This document shows, in pieces, positions 8,480 to 16,329 of a stretch of 57,669 nucleotides of DNA. The position numbers were made by a program, and so were the translations under genes. The notes under the pieces were generated by a model. It was given only the letters and a program-made list of their open reading frames with translations, did not search any database and was not told the origin of the DNA. The DNA lies in the NCBI GenBank assembly GCA_018383975.1, contig JAHAZT010000003.1:1-57669 (forward strand). Reading direction: 5' to 3'. Within the stretch, counting starts at the first letter, position 1; each line of letters starts with the position of its first letter. This DNA comes from Eubacteriales bacterium (GTDB lineage: Bacteria; Bacillota; Clostridia; Oscillospirales; CAG-272).

Positions 8480-10957
8480 TTATTCTTCTTTTTTCTTTCG
8501 TCCGACGGCGAGCGCTGCGCCGATAATGCCGATTACGGCGATTGACGCGCCCGCTCCCATAACGGATTTACAGCCGCCCTTGCCGTCGCCCTTCGTCGTG
8601 ACGGAGGGAGTTGTCGTTCCGGCGGGGGTTGTCGTTCCGGAGGGAGTCGTTGTGATGTCGGGATTTGTGGTTACTGCGGGGGTTGTCGTGGTGTCCGGCT
8701 CACCGGAGCCGTCCTTTTCCCATTTCGCATAGAGCGTCAGCTCGCCCGCATCTTCAACGGTTTTTCCGAAGTCATACGGCAGGACGAAGTCCTCATCCTC
8801 ATACCAGCCGACGAATTTATATCCCTTTCTTTCCGCAGCGACAGGCTCGACGAACACATCGCCGACCTCGCACGCAAAGAGCAGATATTTCGATTCCGCT
8901 CCGACGAGCTTCAGCCTTGCCGCTCTGTCCTGTTCAACCCATTTCGCATAGAGCGGGAAATCCTCGCATACCGTCTGCGTAAAGCCCATATCGTAACGGG
9001 TTGTGAGTTCGGGGTCTGTGTACCAGCCGCAGAATTCAAAGCCTCTCTTCTGGTCGTCCATCGGGAACGAATATGTCAGCGGTTCGCCCGGCTTGACCTT
9101 TACACGATACGAGCGTTCAACATTGAGAATGCCCTTGTAGAAATATACATAGTAGAAGTCCGTGCGGGGCTTTTTCTCAACCTTTGTATATGCGGTAGCC
9201 GTTCTTTCTCTGTCCCCGTTTTTGCCGGAAACGATTGTCTTGCAGAAATATTTCGTGTTCTGTTCAAGTCCGTCAAACAATACGGAGAACGTTCCGTCGG
9301 CATTGGGAGAAACGGTCTTTACCGTGCTTTCCTCCTCGGTGGCGTCGGCTTTCTTTGAAAGCATCAGCTTTATGCTCCTGACGTCTCCTCCGAAAAGATT
9401 TGTTATCTTTCCGCCGAAAAGAATGGAGGACGAATCCGATTTATTTGAGCTGACGCCGAACATGGGAGCCATTTTCGCAACGCCGGAAACGGTGATTTTC
9501 ATTTCGTCGCCTGCGTAAGAGCCCTTATTTACGGTGATTTTGAGATTGAAATCGGCTGCCTGCTCCGGCGTAAGCGAGGTATAACTCGTTCCGCTGACGG
9601 GGAAACGGTATTTGCTGGCTCCCGCCTCGAAGGTATAGCTTCTGCCGTCGACTGAATTATCTATGTATTTGAATCCGCAATTGCTCGGGCTGATGGACGA
9701 TATTCCCATCGGCACGATGCCGGGGTCATGACCGCTGCTCGACGCATTGATGTTTCTGCCGAGGTCGGTAATGTTCTCGTCGATATGCCATATAACCATT
9801 CCCATATTGCCCTTGTCTATCGCGTCAAAGCCGGTGGAGTTCTGTTCGTGATATCTGTTTTCTATCAGATAATATTCCTTCGGGTTCGGAGTATATATTT
9901 TGAGAATGTTGTATTCGCCCTTTTTGCTGTTTCTCGAATAGAGCGTATATTCGCCGTCGGAGGTTACGTCGGTTGCCGACATAAGACCGAGACTGATTGC
10001 ATGGTAAGGGTCAAGATATGCGGGCGAGGCACCTCTCGCGGCGCCGGAATAATTGTTCCATGATCCGGACGCCATAAGCGTCATATCGCCTGCATAGTGC
10101 CATTTTGAGCCGTTGCCGGTGTCGTAAAGGTCGGCTGCGCCGATATAGTGACCGATCTCGTGCGCAATCGTGCCGACGGTGAGCGGCTGGGAGGGTGTCA
10201 GGAATTCTCCGACGCGGACAAATGACGTTCCGACATTAACTCCGTTGAGCTTGACAGGAGTGCTTGCGGTGTAATGCGCGTGAACGCCGAAGGCGAGCTT
10301 ATCACCGGGCTTGCCGGACGTGTTTGCCGAATATTCATATCCGCCGCAGACATAGACTATCGCAAGCTCGTTATATGAAATCTTGCCGTCGCCGTTCTTA
10401 TCAAACTTGGAAAAGTCGACGTACTTTGCCGCTTCTTTGAGCGCGGCGCTTCTGGATGTGGCGTCTTCCTTATCCGGTCCGCCCGTCACTGCCATCGGGT
10501 GCCTATACGGCACGACAACCTCTATAACGCCGTCATTTACCTTTCCGCTGTTATTCTGCGATTCATATGTTTCCTCTGCCGGATAGAAATAAAATTTTCC
10601 GCCGGAAACCTCTTTATAGAATGTTTTCATTGAGTCCTTGTTGTCGGAAAAGAACGTGTCATACCAGTAATTGTCCGTCGAGTAGCACCACTGCTCGCCG
10701 TAATACGGAGAGGTTTTGTCCGCATAGAGCCTGCTCCCGTCCGACGGGTCAAAATCGTTTTTTCCGTTTTTGTTCGGGTCAAATGATACTTTGATTATAA
10801 GCAAGGGTATCGGGTCAAGATACCACGAATCGTCCGGAAGCCCGGTCAGAATAAATCCGCCGTCTTCCGCCGCGAAAGCGAAAGGCATAAAGGCAAAGAG
10901 CATTGCAATTGCCAGTGCCGCCGCCATTATACCGCGAAAAGTTTTTGTTTTTTTCAT
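8480..10957 (-). CDS. Secreted, membrane-anchored M6-family zinc metalloprotease, paralog 2
   Basis: 825 aa with the same architecture as paralog 1: AHEIGHYIGAADLYD, DKNGDGKISYNE, two ..GWY..LYAKW repeats, the linker TTTPAVTTNPDITTTPSGTTTPAGTTTPSVTT, and a C-terminal TM. Confidence 0.75.
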   Translation of the reverse strand: MKKTKTFRGIMAAALAIAMLFAFMPFAFAAEDGGFILTGLPDDSWYLDPIPLLIIKVSFDPNKNGKNDFDPSDGSRLYADKTSPYYGEQWCYSTDNYWYDTFFSDNKDSMKTFYKEVSGGKFYFYPAEETYESQNNSGKVNDGVIEVVVPYRHPMAVTGGPDKEDATSRSAALKEAAKYVDFSKFDKNGDGKISYNELAIVYVCGGYEYSANTSGKPGDKLAFGVHAHYTASTPVKLNGVNVGTSFVRVGEFLTPSQPLTVGTIAHEIGHYIGAADLYDTGNGSKWHYAGDMTLMASGSWNNYSGAARGASPAYLDPYHAISLGLMSATDVTSDGEYTLYSRNSKKGEYNILKIYTPNPKEYYLIENRYHEQNSTGFDAIDKGNMGMVIWHIDENITDLGRNINASSSGHDPGIVPMGISSISPSNCGFKYIDNSVDGRSYTFEAGASKYRFPVSGTSYTSLTPEQAADFNLKITVNKGSYAGDEMKITVSGVAKMAPMFGVSSNKSDSSSILFGGKITNLFGGDVRSIKLMLSKKADATEEESTVKTVSPNADGTFSVLFDGLEQNTKYFCKTIVSGKNGDRERTATAYTKVEKKPRTDFYYVYFYKGILNVERSYRVKVKPGEPLTYSFPMDDQKRGFEFCGWYTDPELTTRYDMGFTQTVCEDFPLYAKWVEQDRAARLKLVGAESKYLLFACEVGDVFVEPVAAERKGYKFVGWYEDEDFVLPYDFGKTVEDAGELTLYAKWEKDGSGEPDTTTTPAVTTNPDITTTPSGTTTPAGTTTPSVTTKGDGKGGCKSVMGAGASIAVIGIIGAALAVGRKKKEE

Positions 10958-10994
10958 AAAAAATCCCCCTGTTTATTTATCACCGATAGCCTTC

Positions 10995-11023
10995 ATTATA
11001 GCCGAAAAATATTAAAAAATCAA
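10995..11023 (-). promoter_or_regulatory. Sigma-A type promoter of M6 paralog 2
   Basis: On the minus strand: TTGATT, 17 nt, TATAAT. It lies about 38 nt upstream of the ATG at 10957. Confidence 0.65.
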
Positions 11024-11165
11024 CCATATATATATCTTCGTTTTCTTTTCGTGCCGTTTGCACAAACGCATATGATTTTTTTGTCTATTATGACAATCCG
11101 CGTTGCGAAAAAACGCTTCGATTCCCAATATTTTTTCAATATTTTTTGTTTTTTTCCTGAAAGTA

Positions 11166-11194
11166 TTGACCGTATTTGTCATTTTCCGATAATA
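11166..11194 (+). promoter_or_regulatory. Orphan plus-strand sigma-A-like promoter
   Basis: TTGACC (11166-11171), then 16/17 nt, then GATAAT/ATAATA (11188-11194). No plus-strand CDS lies downstream. Confidence 0.45.
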
Positions 11195-11199
11195 CATCA

Positions 11200-11371
11200 T
11201 CGGCTTTGTCTTTTGATATAACGCTCAAGCGAAAGTGCGGATTTTTTATATATGCCGATGAGCAATTGTCGCTCCGTGGGTGCACACGAAAGATGCGACT
11301 CCGAAGAAATAACGAACGGAAAAGCAGATAAATAAAAAACACAAGCCCTGCGGGCAGGGCTTGTGTTTTTC
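11200..11371 (+). ncRNA. Candidate small RNA of about 170 nt (promoter-to-terminator unit without a credible ORF)
   Basis: Bounded by the 11166 promoter and the 12-bp terminator at 11339-11366 with its T-run. Internal pairings are tcatcggc (11199-11206) with gccgatga (11254-11261), and gtcgc/gcgac. The only ORF is 19 codons with no SD. Confidence 0.3.
11334..11371. terminator. Bidirectional intrinsic terminator
   Basis: Stem acacaagccctg / cagggcttgtgt (12 bp, loop cggg) flanked by an A-run and a T-run. Confidence 0.8.
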
Positions 11372-11378
11372 TGCGCAA

Positions 11379-11407
11379 TAAAAAGACCCGCCGGAGCGGG
11401 TCTTTTG
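11379..11407 (-). terminator. Intrinsic terminator of the rubrerythrin gene
   Basis: Stem agacccgc / gcgggtct with loop cgga, immediately after the stop at 11410. U-run on the minus strand. Confidence 0.8.
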
Positions 11408-11409
11408 AA

Positions 11410-11958
11410 TTATTTTCCGAAATATCTGTTGAGAAGTCCCTCAAATGCTCTGCCGTGACGGGCTTCGTCCTTTGCCATTTCGTGAACGGTATCGTGAATT
11501 GCGTCAAGATTTGCCGCTTTGGCTCTCTTTGCAAGGTCATACTTGCCTGCCGTCGCGCCGTTTTCCGCTTCAACTCTCATTTCAAGGTTCTTCTTTGTGG
11601 AAGGAGTTACAACCTCGCCGAGAATTTCCGCGAATTTGGCTGCGTGTTCAGCCTCCTCATAAGCCGCCTTCTCCCAGTAAAGACCGATTTCGGGATAGCC
11701 TTCTCTGAAAGCGACTCTCGACATTGCAAGATACATGCCGACCTCGGAGCATTCGCCCGTGAAATTCGCGCGCAGATCTTTGATTATGTCCTCCGAAACG
11801 CCTTCCGTTATGCCGACAACGTGCTCCGTTGCCCATGTTTTTTTGTTCTCGTCCATCTTTTCGAACTTGTCCGCCGGCGCACCGCACTGGGGGCATCTTT
11901 CGGGGGGAGTATCTCCCTCGTGAACGTAACCGCATACTTTGCATACCCATTTTGCCAT
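11410..11958 (-). CDS. rbr: Reverse rubrerythrin (N-terminal rubredoxin domain + ferritin-like di-iron domain)
   Basis: 182 aa. CKVCGY..CPQCG is at the N-terminus. An EEAEHA-type di-iron motif lies in the C-terminal four-helix region. Confidence 0.8.
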   Translation of the reverse strand: MAKWVCKVCGYVHEGDTPPERCPQCGAPADKFEKMDENKKTWATEHVVGITEGVSEDIIKDLRANFTGECSEVGMYLAMSRVAFREGYPEIGLYWEKAAYEEAEHAAKFAEILGEVVTPSTKKNLEMRVEAENGATAGKYDLAKRAKAANLDAIHDTVHEMAKDEARHGRAFEGLLNRYFGK

Positions 11959-11986
11959 GATTTATTCCTCCTTAAATTTTGATTTT

Positions 11987-12403
11987 TTAATTGTTTTTTG
12001 ATTTATTTTCAAGACATTTTCCGCATATTCCGCGAAAAACGATGCTTGCCGATGTAATTTTCCCGCCGACCTCTTTTCCGGCGGAGCAAATTCCCGAAAT
12101 TTCAATCGGGGACATGATATCCTCAACCTCGCCGCACGACAAACAGAAAAAATGATTATGGGGAGAGATGTTGCCGTCATATCTTTCCCTGCCCTTTGCG
12201 CCGAGAGCGATTATATCTCCGTTTTCACAGAGAGATGCGAGGTTTCTGTAAACCGTGGCAAGGCTTATCTGCGGATATTCTTCCCTTATGCTGGTATAAA
12301 CCATATCCGCTGTCGGATGGTCTTTTCGGGAACGAAGATTTTCCAGAATGGCGTCGCGCTTATCGGAATGCTTTTGCACCGTCAGCTTCTTTTCCGTCAA
12401 CAT
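11987..12403 (-). CDS. perR: Fur-family peroxide-responsive repressor (PerR-like)
   Basis: 138 aa. Winged-helix ISLATVYRNL, metal site PHNHFFC, and structural Zn CLSCG..CGKC. It lies directly upstream of rubrerythrin. Confidence 0.7.
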   Translation of the reverse strand: MLTEKKLTVQKHSDKRDAILENLRSRKDHPTADMVYTSIREEYPQISLATVYRNLASLCENGDIIALGAKGRERYDGNISPHNHFFCLSCGEVEDIMSPIEISGICSAGKEVGGKITSASIVFRGICGKCLENKSKNN

Positions 12404-12426
12404 ATTTCCTCCTCTCTTTTTGAAAA

Positions 12427-12441
12427 TGATAATGATTACTG
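12427..12441. promoter_or_regulatory. Fur/PerR-box-like operator upstream of perR-rbr
   Basis: tgataatgattactg resembles the 7-1-7 box TGATAATNATTATCA. It lies 24-38 nt upstream of the perR ATG. Confidence 0.5.
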
Positions 12442-12582
12442 TTATTATTATAGCAGGTTTTTTCGTAATGTCAAGTCTTTTTTCAAAAAAATTTTATCTT
12501 TTTTCCGATTACACATCGCCTATTGATTTTTGACCCGAAATCGTATATCATATAAGTAACAACTTTTCAAAAGGCAAAAAGT

Positions 12583-13521
12583 ATGACCGTAATAAATCTG
12601 AAAACAGGAAACGAAATAAAAATAACGGACGAAATGACCCTGTCCTGCGCTCTCGGCAATTTTGACGGCGTCCACAGAGGACATATGGCTCTGCTGAAGG
12701 AAGCGACGGAAAAGGGCGATTGCACGCACAGTGCCGTCTGGACGTTCCGCCGTCACCCCCGTCTCTGCTCCGGCGACGACGGTTTTTCCGTGCTGACGAC
12801 AACGGAGCAAAGAACGGCGCTTTTTGCCGGGGCAGGAATTGATATCGTCATTTTCTGCGATTTTCCCGAGGTGAAGGACGTTGCGCCGAAGGATTTTGTC
12901 CGCCGTATATTATATAAGGAATGTCGCGTCCGGCGCGCGGTCTGCGGATATAACTTCCGTTACGGCAAAAATGCCGCCGGAACTCCCGAAATGCTTTCGG
13001 AGGAAATGGCAGCCGTCGGCGCGGAGGAAGTGACCGTCGACGCGGTGAAAAGTGCGGACGGCACCGTTATAAGCTCATCGGCGGTGCGCCGGTTTCTTGA
13101 AGAAGGCAAAATAGAAAAAGCAAATGACCTTCTCGGCAGAGAATTCTGTGTTTCCCTGCCCGTCAGCGAGGGGCAACGGCTCGGAAGAACGCTCGGACTG
13201 CCGACTGTAAATCAGGTTTTCCCTCCGCAGCTTGTTATCCCGCGTCACGGCGTTTACGCCGCAAAATGCACAATCGACGGCACCGAATACAAAGCCGTTG
13301 CGAATATCGGCGTCCGCCCGACGGTTACAAATCACGCCGAAAACGTCAACTGCGAAACACATATAATCGGCTTTTCCGGCGACCTTTACGGCAGGACGAT
13401 TTCCGTTCGTCTTTGCGGTTTTCTGCGCGACGAGAAAAAGTTTTCATCGGTTGACGAGCTGAAATCCGCAATTCTTGCGGACGAGGAAAATGCTCTCCGG
13501 TTGCTTTCAGGCGGGGGGTAA
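12583..13521 (+). CDS. ribF: Bifunctional riboflavin kinase / FMN adenylyltransferase
   Basis: 312 aa. ALGNFDGVHRGHMALL, the kinase-part PTVN motif (LGLPTVNQ) and ETHIIGFSGDLYG. Confidence 0.85.
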   Translation: MTVINLKTGNEIKITDEMTLSCALGNFDGVHRGHMALLKEATEKGDCTHSAVWTFRRHPRLCSGDDGFSVLTTTEQRTALFAGAGIDIVIFCDFPEVKDVAPKDFVRRILYKECRVRRAVCGYNFRYGKNAAGTPEMLSEEMAAVGAEEVTVDAVKSADGTVISSSAVRRFLEEGKIEKANDLLGREFCVSLPVSEGQRLGRTLGLPTVNQVFPPQLVIPRHGVYAAKCTIDGTEYKAVANIGVRPTVTNHAENVNCETHIIGFSGDLYGRTISVRLCGFLRDEKKFSSVDELKSAILADEENALRLLSGGG

Positions 13522-13524
13522 ACG

Positions 13525-14832
13525 ATGAAGTTACACAGAAGTATAAAATGCGCGATAACCCTTGCGCTGTCTGCATTATTTGTCATTTGCCCGCTTGCGT
13601 TCACGGCACAGGCAAAGGGCTATGACGGCACCGCCCGCGCAAATAACATCTGCGTTATGAACGTCGAATACGGCGAGGCGGTGTTCTGCAAAAATGCGGA
13701 CGAAAAAATCGCGCCGGGACCTTCGGCAAAAATTCTCGCCGCCTTGCTCGCCTTCGAGCATTACGCCGGACGGGAGGAAACGCCGGTGACCGTCACGCCT
13801 GCCGCGCTTGAAAATATTTACGGCGGCGTTATAATAAATCTCAAAGCGGGCGACACGCTCCGCGCAATCGACCTCATATATGCGATGGTCGTCGGCGGTG
13901 CAAGCGACGCGGCAAACGCAATCGCAATCGACATAGCGGGCAGCGTCACGACGTTTACCGCGATGATGAACAAAAAAGCCCGCGAGCTCGGCGCAACGTC
14001 GACGGCATACGCAAATCCCACCGGACTTGACGCGCGCGGCGCATACACAACGGCACGCGATACGGCGATAATCGCATGCTATGCGAGAAAAAATCAGCAG
14101 TATATGAAGGCGGCAAACGCAAAATCATATAAAATTCCGGAAAGCGACACCTTTAAGGCGAGAACCGTTTACACGAAAAATGCGCTTCTCGCAAACTATT
14201 CGTCGGATAAATACCTTTATTCAAAGGCGGAGGGGATGGCTGTCGGATTTACGGACGACGCCGGCAGGTGCGTCATAACGTCGGCAACGGAAAAAGCGTT
14301 TTCATTTGTCTGCGTGCTTATGGGCGGCGCGGACACGGACGACGGCAGAATCCCCGTCTATACCGACGCGAAAAATCTTCTCGAATGGGCGCTCGGCAAT
14401 TTCGCGCTTGTGAAAATATCCGGCACGACGGACATCGTCGGCGAGTTGCCCGTCACACTTTCCAAACAGCGCAATTACGTAACAGTCGCCGCCAAAAACG
14501 ACGTTTTTGCATTTTTGCCGAAGGATACGGACGTATCAAGGATCACACGCACGGTCACTTATTACGGCGAGTCGCTGACGGCACCCGTCAGGCGCGGAAC
14601 GGAGGTCGGCGAAATAACTCTTTCTCTCGACGGAAAAATCCTCGGAAGCTCGCCGCTGATAACAAAGCTGGACGCGGAAAAAAGCGCGTCACTCGCGCTC
14701 CGCCAAAACATAAAAAGCATTATGAAATCAAAGCTTTTCATAATTACGGTCATCGCGATGATATTTTCCGCAGCCGCTTTCACGCTTGGCAGAATTTTCG
14801 TTTTGATGAAAAAAGCTCGCACAAAAAAATAA
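13525..14832 (+). CDS. PBP5/DacB-family (peptidase S11) homolog with substituted catalytic motifs, C-terminal TM anchor
   Basis: 435 aa with a signal peptide and clear S11 fold similarity (ANPTGLD, FTDDAGRCVITSA). The positions of SxxK, SxN and KTG read PSAK, GAS and AVG when aligned by eye to B. subtilis DacF. Confidence 0.65.
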   Translation: MKLHRSIKCAITLALSALFVICPLAFTAQAKGYDGTARANNICVMNVEYGEAVFCKNADEKIAPGPSAKILAALLAFEHYAGREETPVTVTPAALENIYGGVIINLKAGDTLRAIDLIYAMVVGGASDAANAIAIDIAGSVTTFTAMMNKKARELGATSTAYANPTGLDARGAYTTARDTAIIACYARKNQQYMKAANAKSYKIPESDTFKARTVYTKNALLANYSSDKYLYSKAEGMAVGFTDDAGRCVITSATEKAFSFVCVLMGGADTDDGRIPVYTDAKNLLEWALGNFALVKISGTTDIVGELPVTLSKQRNYVTVAAKNDVFAFLPKDTDVSRITRTVTYYGESLTAPVRRGTEVGEITLSLDGKILGSSPLITKLDAEKSASLALRQNIKSIMKSKLFIITVIAMIFSAAAFTLGRIFVLMKKARTKK

Positions 14833-14920
14833 CATAAAAATCATCCGTCTGCAAAGAATATTTTTGCCGGCGGATTTTTTTACTCCGGCAAAAACCGAAA
14901 GGCAGAAAACACAAGTGGAT

Positions 14921-15163
14921 ATGGCTGATATAAAGATGACGAAATCGGCTATCAGAGACGTTGAACGCTCGGCGGCATCCTGCTGGGACGCAATGACGGA
15001 AAATAACATCGAGCTGCGGCTCCGCTTTTCCCTTGTTGATATGATAATCGCGGTTGCGGGAGCTGTTTTTCTGACGGTTTCCATAGGCGCGATAAAGAAC
15101 ATGTGTCATCGGCGAAGGATAAGGCGCGAAGCGGAAAAGCTCGCAAAGAAAAAAGCCGAATAA
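14921..15163 (+). CDS. Small single-TM protein, unknown function
   Basis: 80 aa from the ATG at 14921 (weak SD gtgga). TM helix LVDMIIAVAGAVFLTVSIGAI followed by a basic tail. Followed by a strong terminator. Confidence 0.35.
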   Translation: MADIKMTKSAIRDVERSAASCWDAMTENNIELRLRFSLVDMIIAVAGAVFLTVSIGAIKNMCHRRRIRREAEKLAKKKAE

Positions 15164-15167
15164 CCTC

Positions 15168-15217
15168 AAAAGAGCCGTTTTTTTGTGGAAAACCGCGAAA
15201 AAACGGCTCTTTTTTGC
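15168..15217 (+). terminator. Intrinsic terminator
   Basis: 16-bp perfect stem aaaagagccgtttttt / aaaaaacggctctttt followed by a T-run. Confidence 0.8.
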
Positions 15218-15381
15218 TTTTATACAGTTGTGTAAGTGATTTTTACACATTGTTTTTCCACATTGTCCACATTTGTTTTCGCCCGTTTTTTGATGAAAAA
15301 CGTGGGGGTTCCGTCGCGAAAAAGGGCTGTTTTCGTCCGATTTTGACGTCGGCGGCGCCTTGCGGTAAATTTGATTTGTTT

Positions 15382-15438
15382 ACATTTATAATGTTGACAA
15401 TTCACATCTGTGATGATATAATTAACATTGTAAATGTT
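15382..15438 (+). promoter_or_regulatory. Promoter of the DeoR gene bracketed by two palindromic operator candidates
   Basis: TTGACA (15394-15399), 17 nt, TATAAT (15417-15422). The palindromes are ACATT-tat-AATGT (15382-15394) and AACATT-gta-AATGTT (15424-15438). Confidence 0.6.
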
Positions 15439-15483
15439 GTTTGATAAACGCATTTTAATTCAGACCGTGAAAGGAGGACGTAT

Positions 15484-16254
15484 ATGACCCAGAAAGAGCG
15501 GCTTGAAATCATTCGCGATCTGCTTTCCGCAAGACCGTTTGTATCGCTTGGCGAGCTTGAAAAAATGTTTCCGGAAGTCACAAGCATGACGCTCCGCCGC
15601 GATATAGACCGCCTTGAAACAAAGGGCGAGCTTATCAAGGTCAGGGGCGGCGCAAGGTCGATGAAGTTTCTCACTACCTCCGCCGAGGACGATTTCGGAA
15701 AGCGTCTCTATGAGGCGACGGAGGAAAAGACCCGCATTGCCGAATGTGCAACGGAGTTTGTCGAAACCGGAAGGTCGATTTTCATTGACTCCGGAACGAC
15801 TGCCCTGCGGCTGGCTTCTATGGTCGCGGACGAACGCTTCACCGTCACGACGACGGGACCGCACGTTGCAATCGAGCTTGCGAAAAAGCAAAAGCCGATA
15901 GTAAACCTCGTCGGCGGAATGATAAATCACGAAAATCTTTCCGTTTCGGGTATGCAGGCACTGAAATTCATAGACGGAATAAATATCGACACGGCGTTTG
16001 TCGTGCCGTCCGGCTATTCCCTTGAATGTGGCTTTTCGTGCGGAAATTATGCGGAATGTGAGCTGAAAAAATACGTCATAGGCAAAGCCCGCAGGGTAAT
16101 AATGCTTATGGACGGCGACAAAATCGACCGCAACCTTCCCTATACGTTCAGCACGGAGGCGGGACTTTATGCCATCATAACCGACAGAGAGCTTCCCCCC
16201 GCCGTAAAAGAAAAATTTTCAGGTTCGGGCGTCCGCATAATAGTTGCGGAATGA
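15484..16254 (+). CDS. DeoR/GlpR family transcriptional regulator
   Basis: 256 aa. N-terminal HTH (RLEIIRDLLSARPFVSLGELEKMFPEVTSMTLRRDIDRLE) and a C-terminal sugar-phosphate-binding domain (IFIDSGTT). Confidence 0.8.
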   Translation: MTQKERLEIIRDLLSARPFVSLGELEKMFPEVTSMTLRRDIDRLETKGELIKVRGGARSMKFLTTSAEDDFGKRLYEATEEKTRIAECATEFVETGRSIFIDSGTTALRLASMVADERFTVTTTGPHVAIELAKKQKPIVNLVGGMINHENLSVSGMQALKFIDGINIDTAFVVPSGYSLECGFSCGNYAECELKKYVIGKARRVIMLMDGDKIDRNLPYTFSTEAGLYAIITDRELPPAVKEKFSGSGVRIIVAE

Positions 16255-16329
16255 CAAAAAGCCGAGGGCTGCGGCGGATAAGCCCATCGGTGTAAAAATC
16301 AAAAATATCCGTCGGAAATGGAGAAAAAC

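Noticed and set aside
5901-10957. Diversity-generating retroelement, or template/variable repeat relationship, between the two M6 paralogs.
   Set aside because: No reverse transcriptase gene is in the window. The differences between the paralogs are not confined to adenine positions, and the near-identical tract is the conserved part rather than the variable part.
11253-11300. Hammerhead-ribozyme-like string (ccgatgag ... cgaaa) inside the candidate sRNA.
   Set aside because: The core reads CCGAUGA rather than CUGAUGA, so the conserved U is missing. I could not draw stems I-III around it. This is most likely coincidence.
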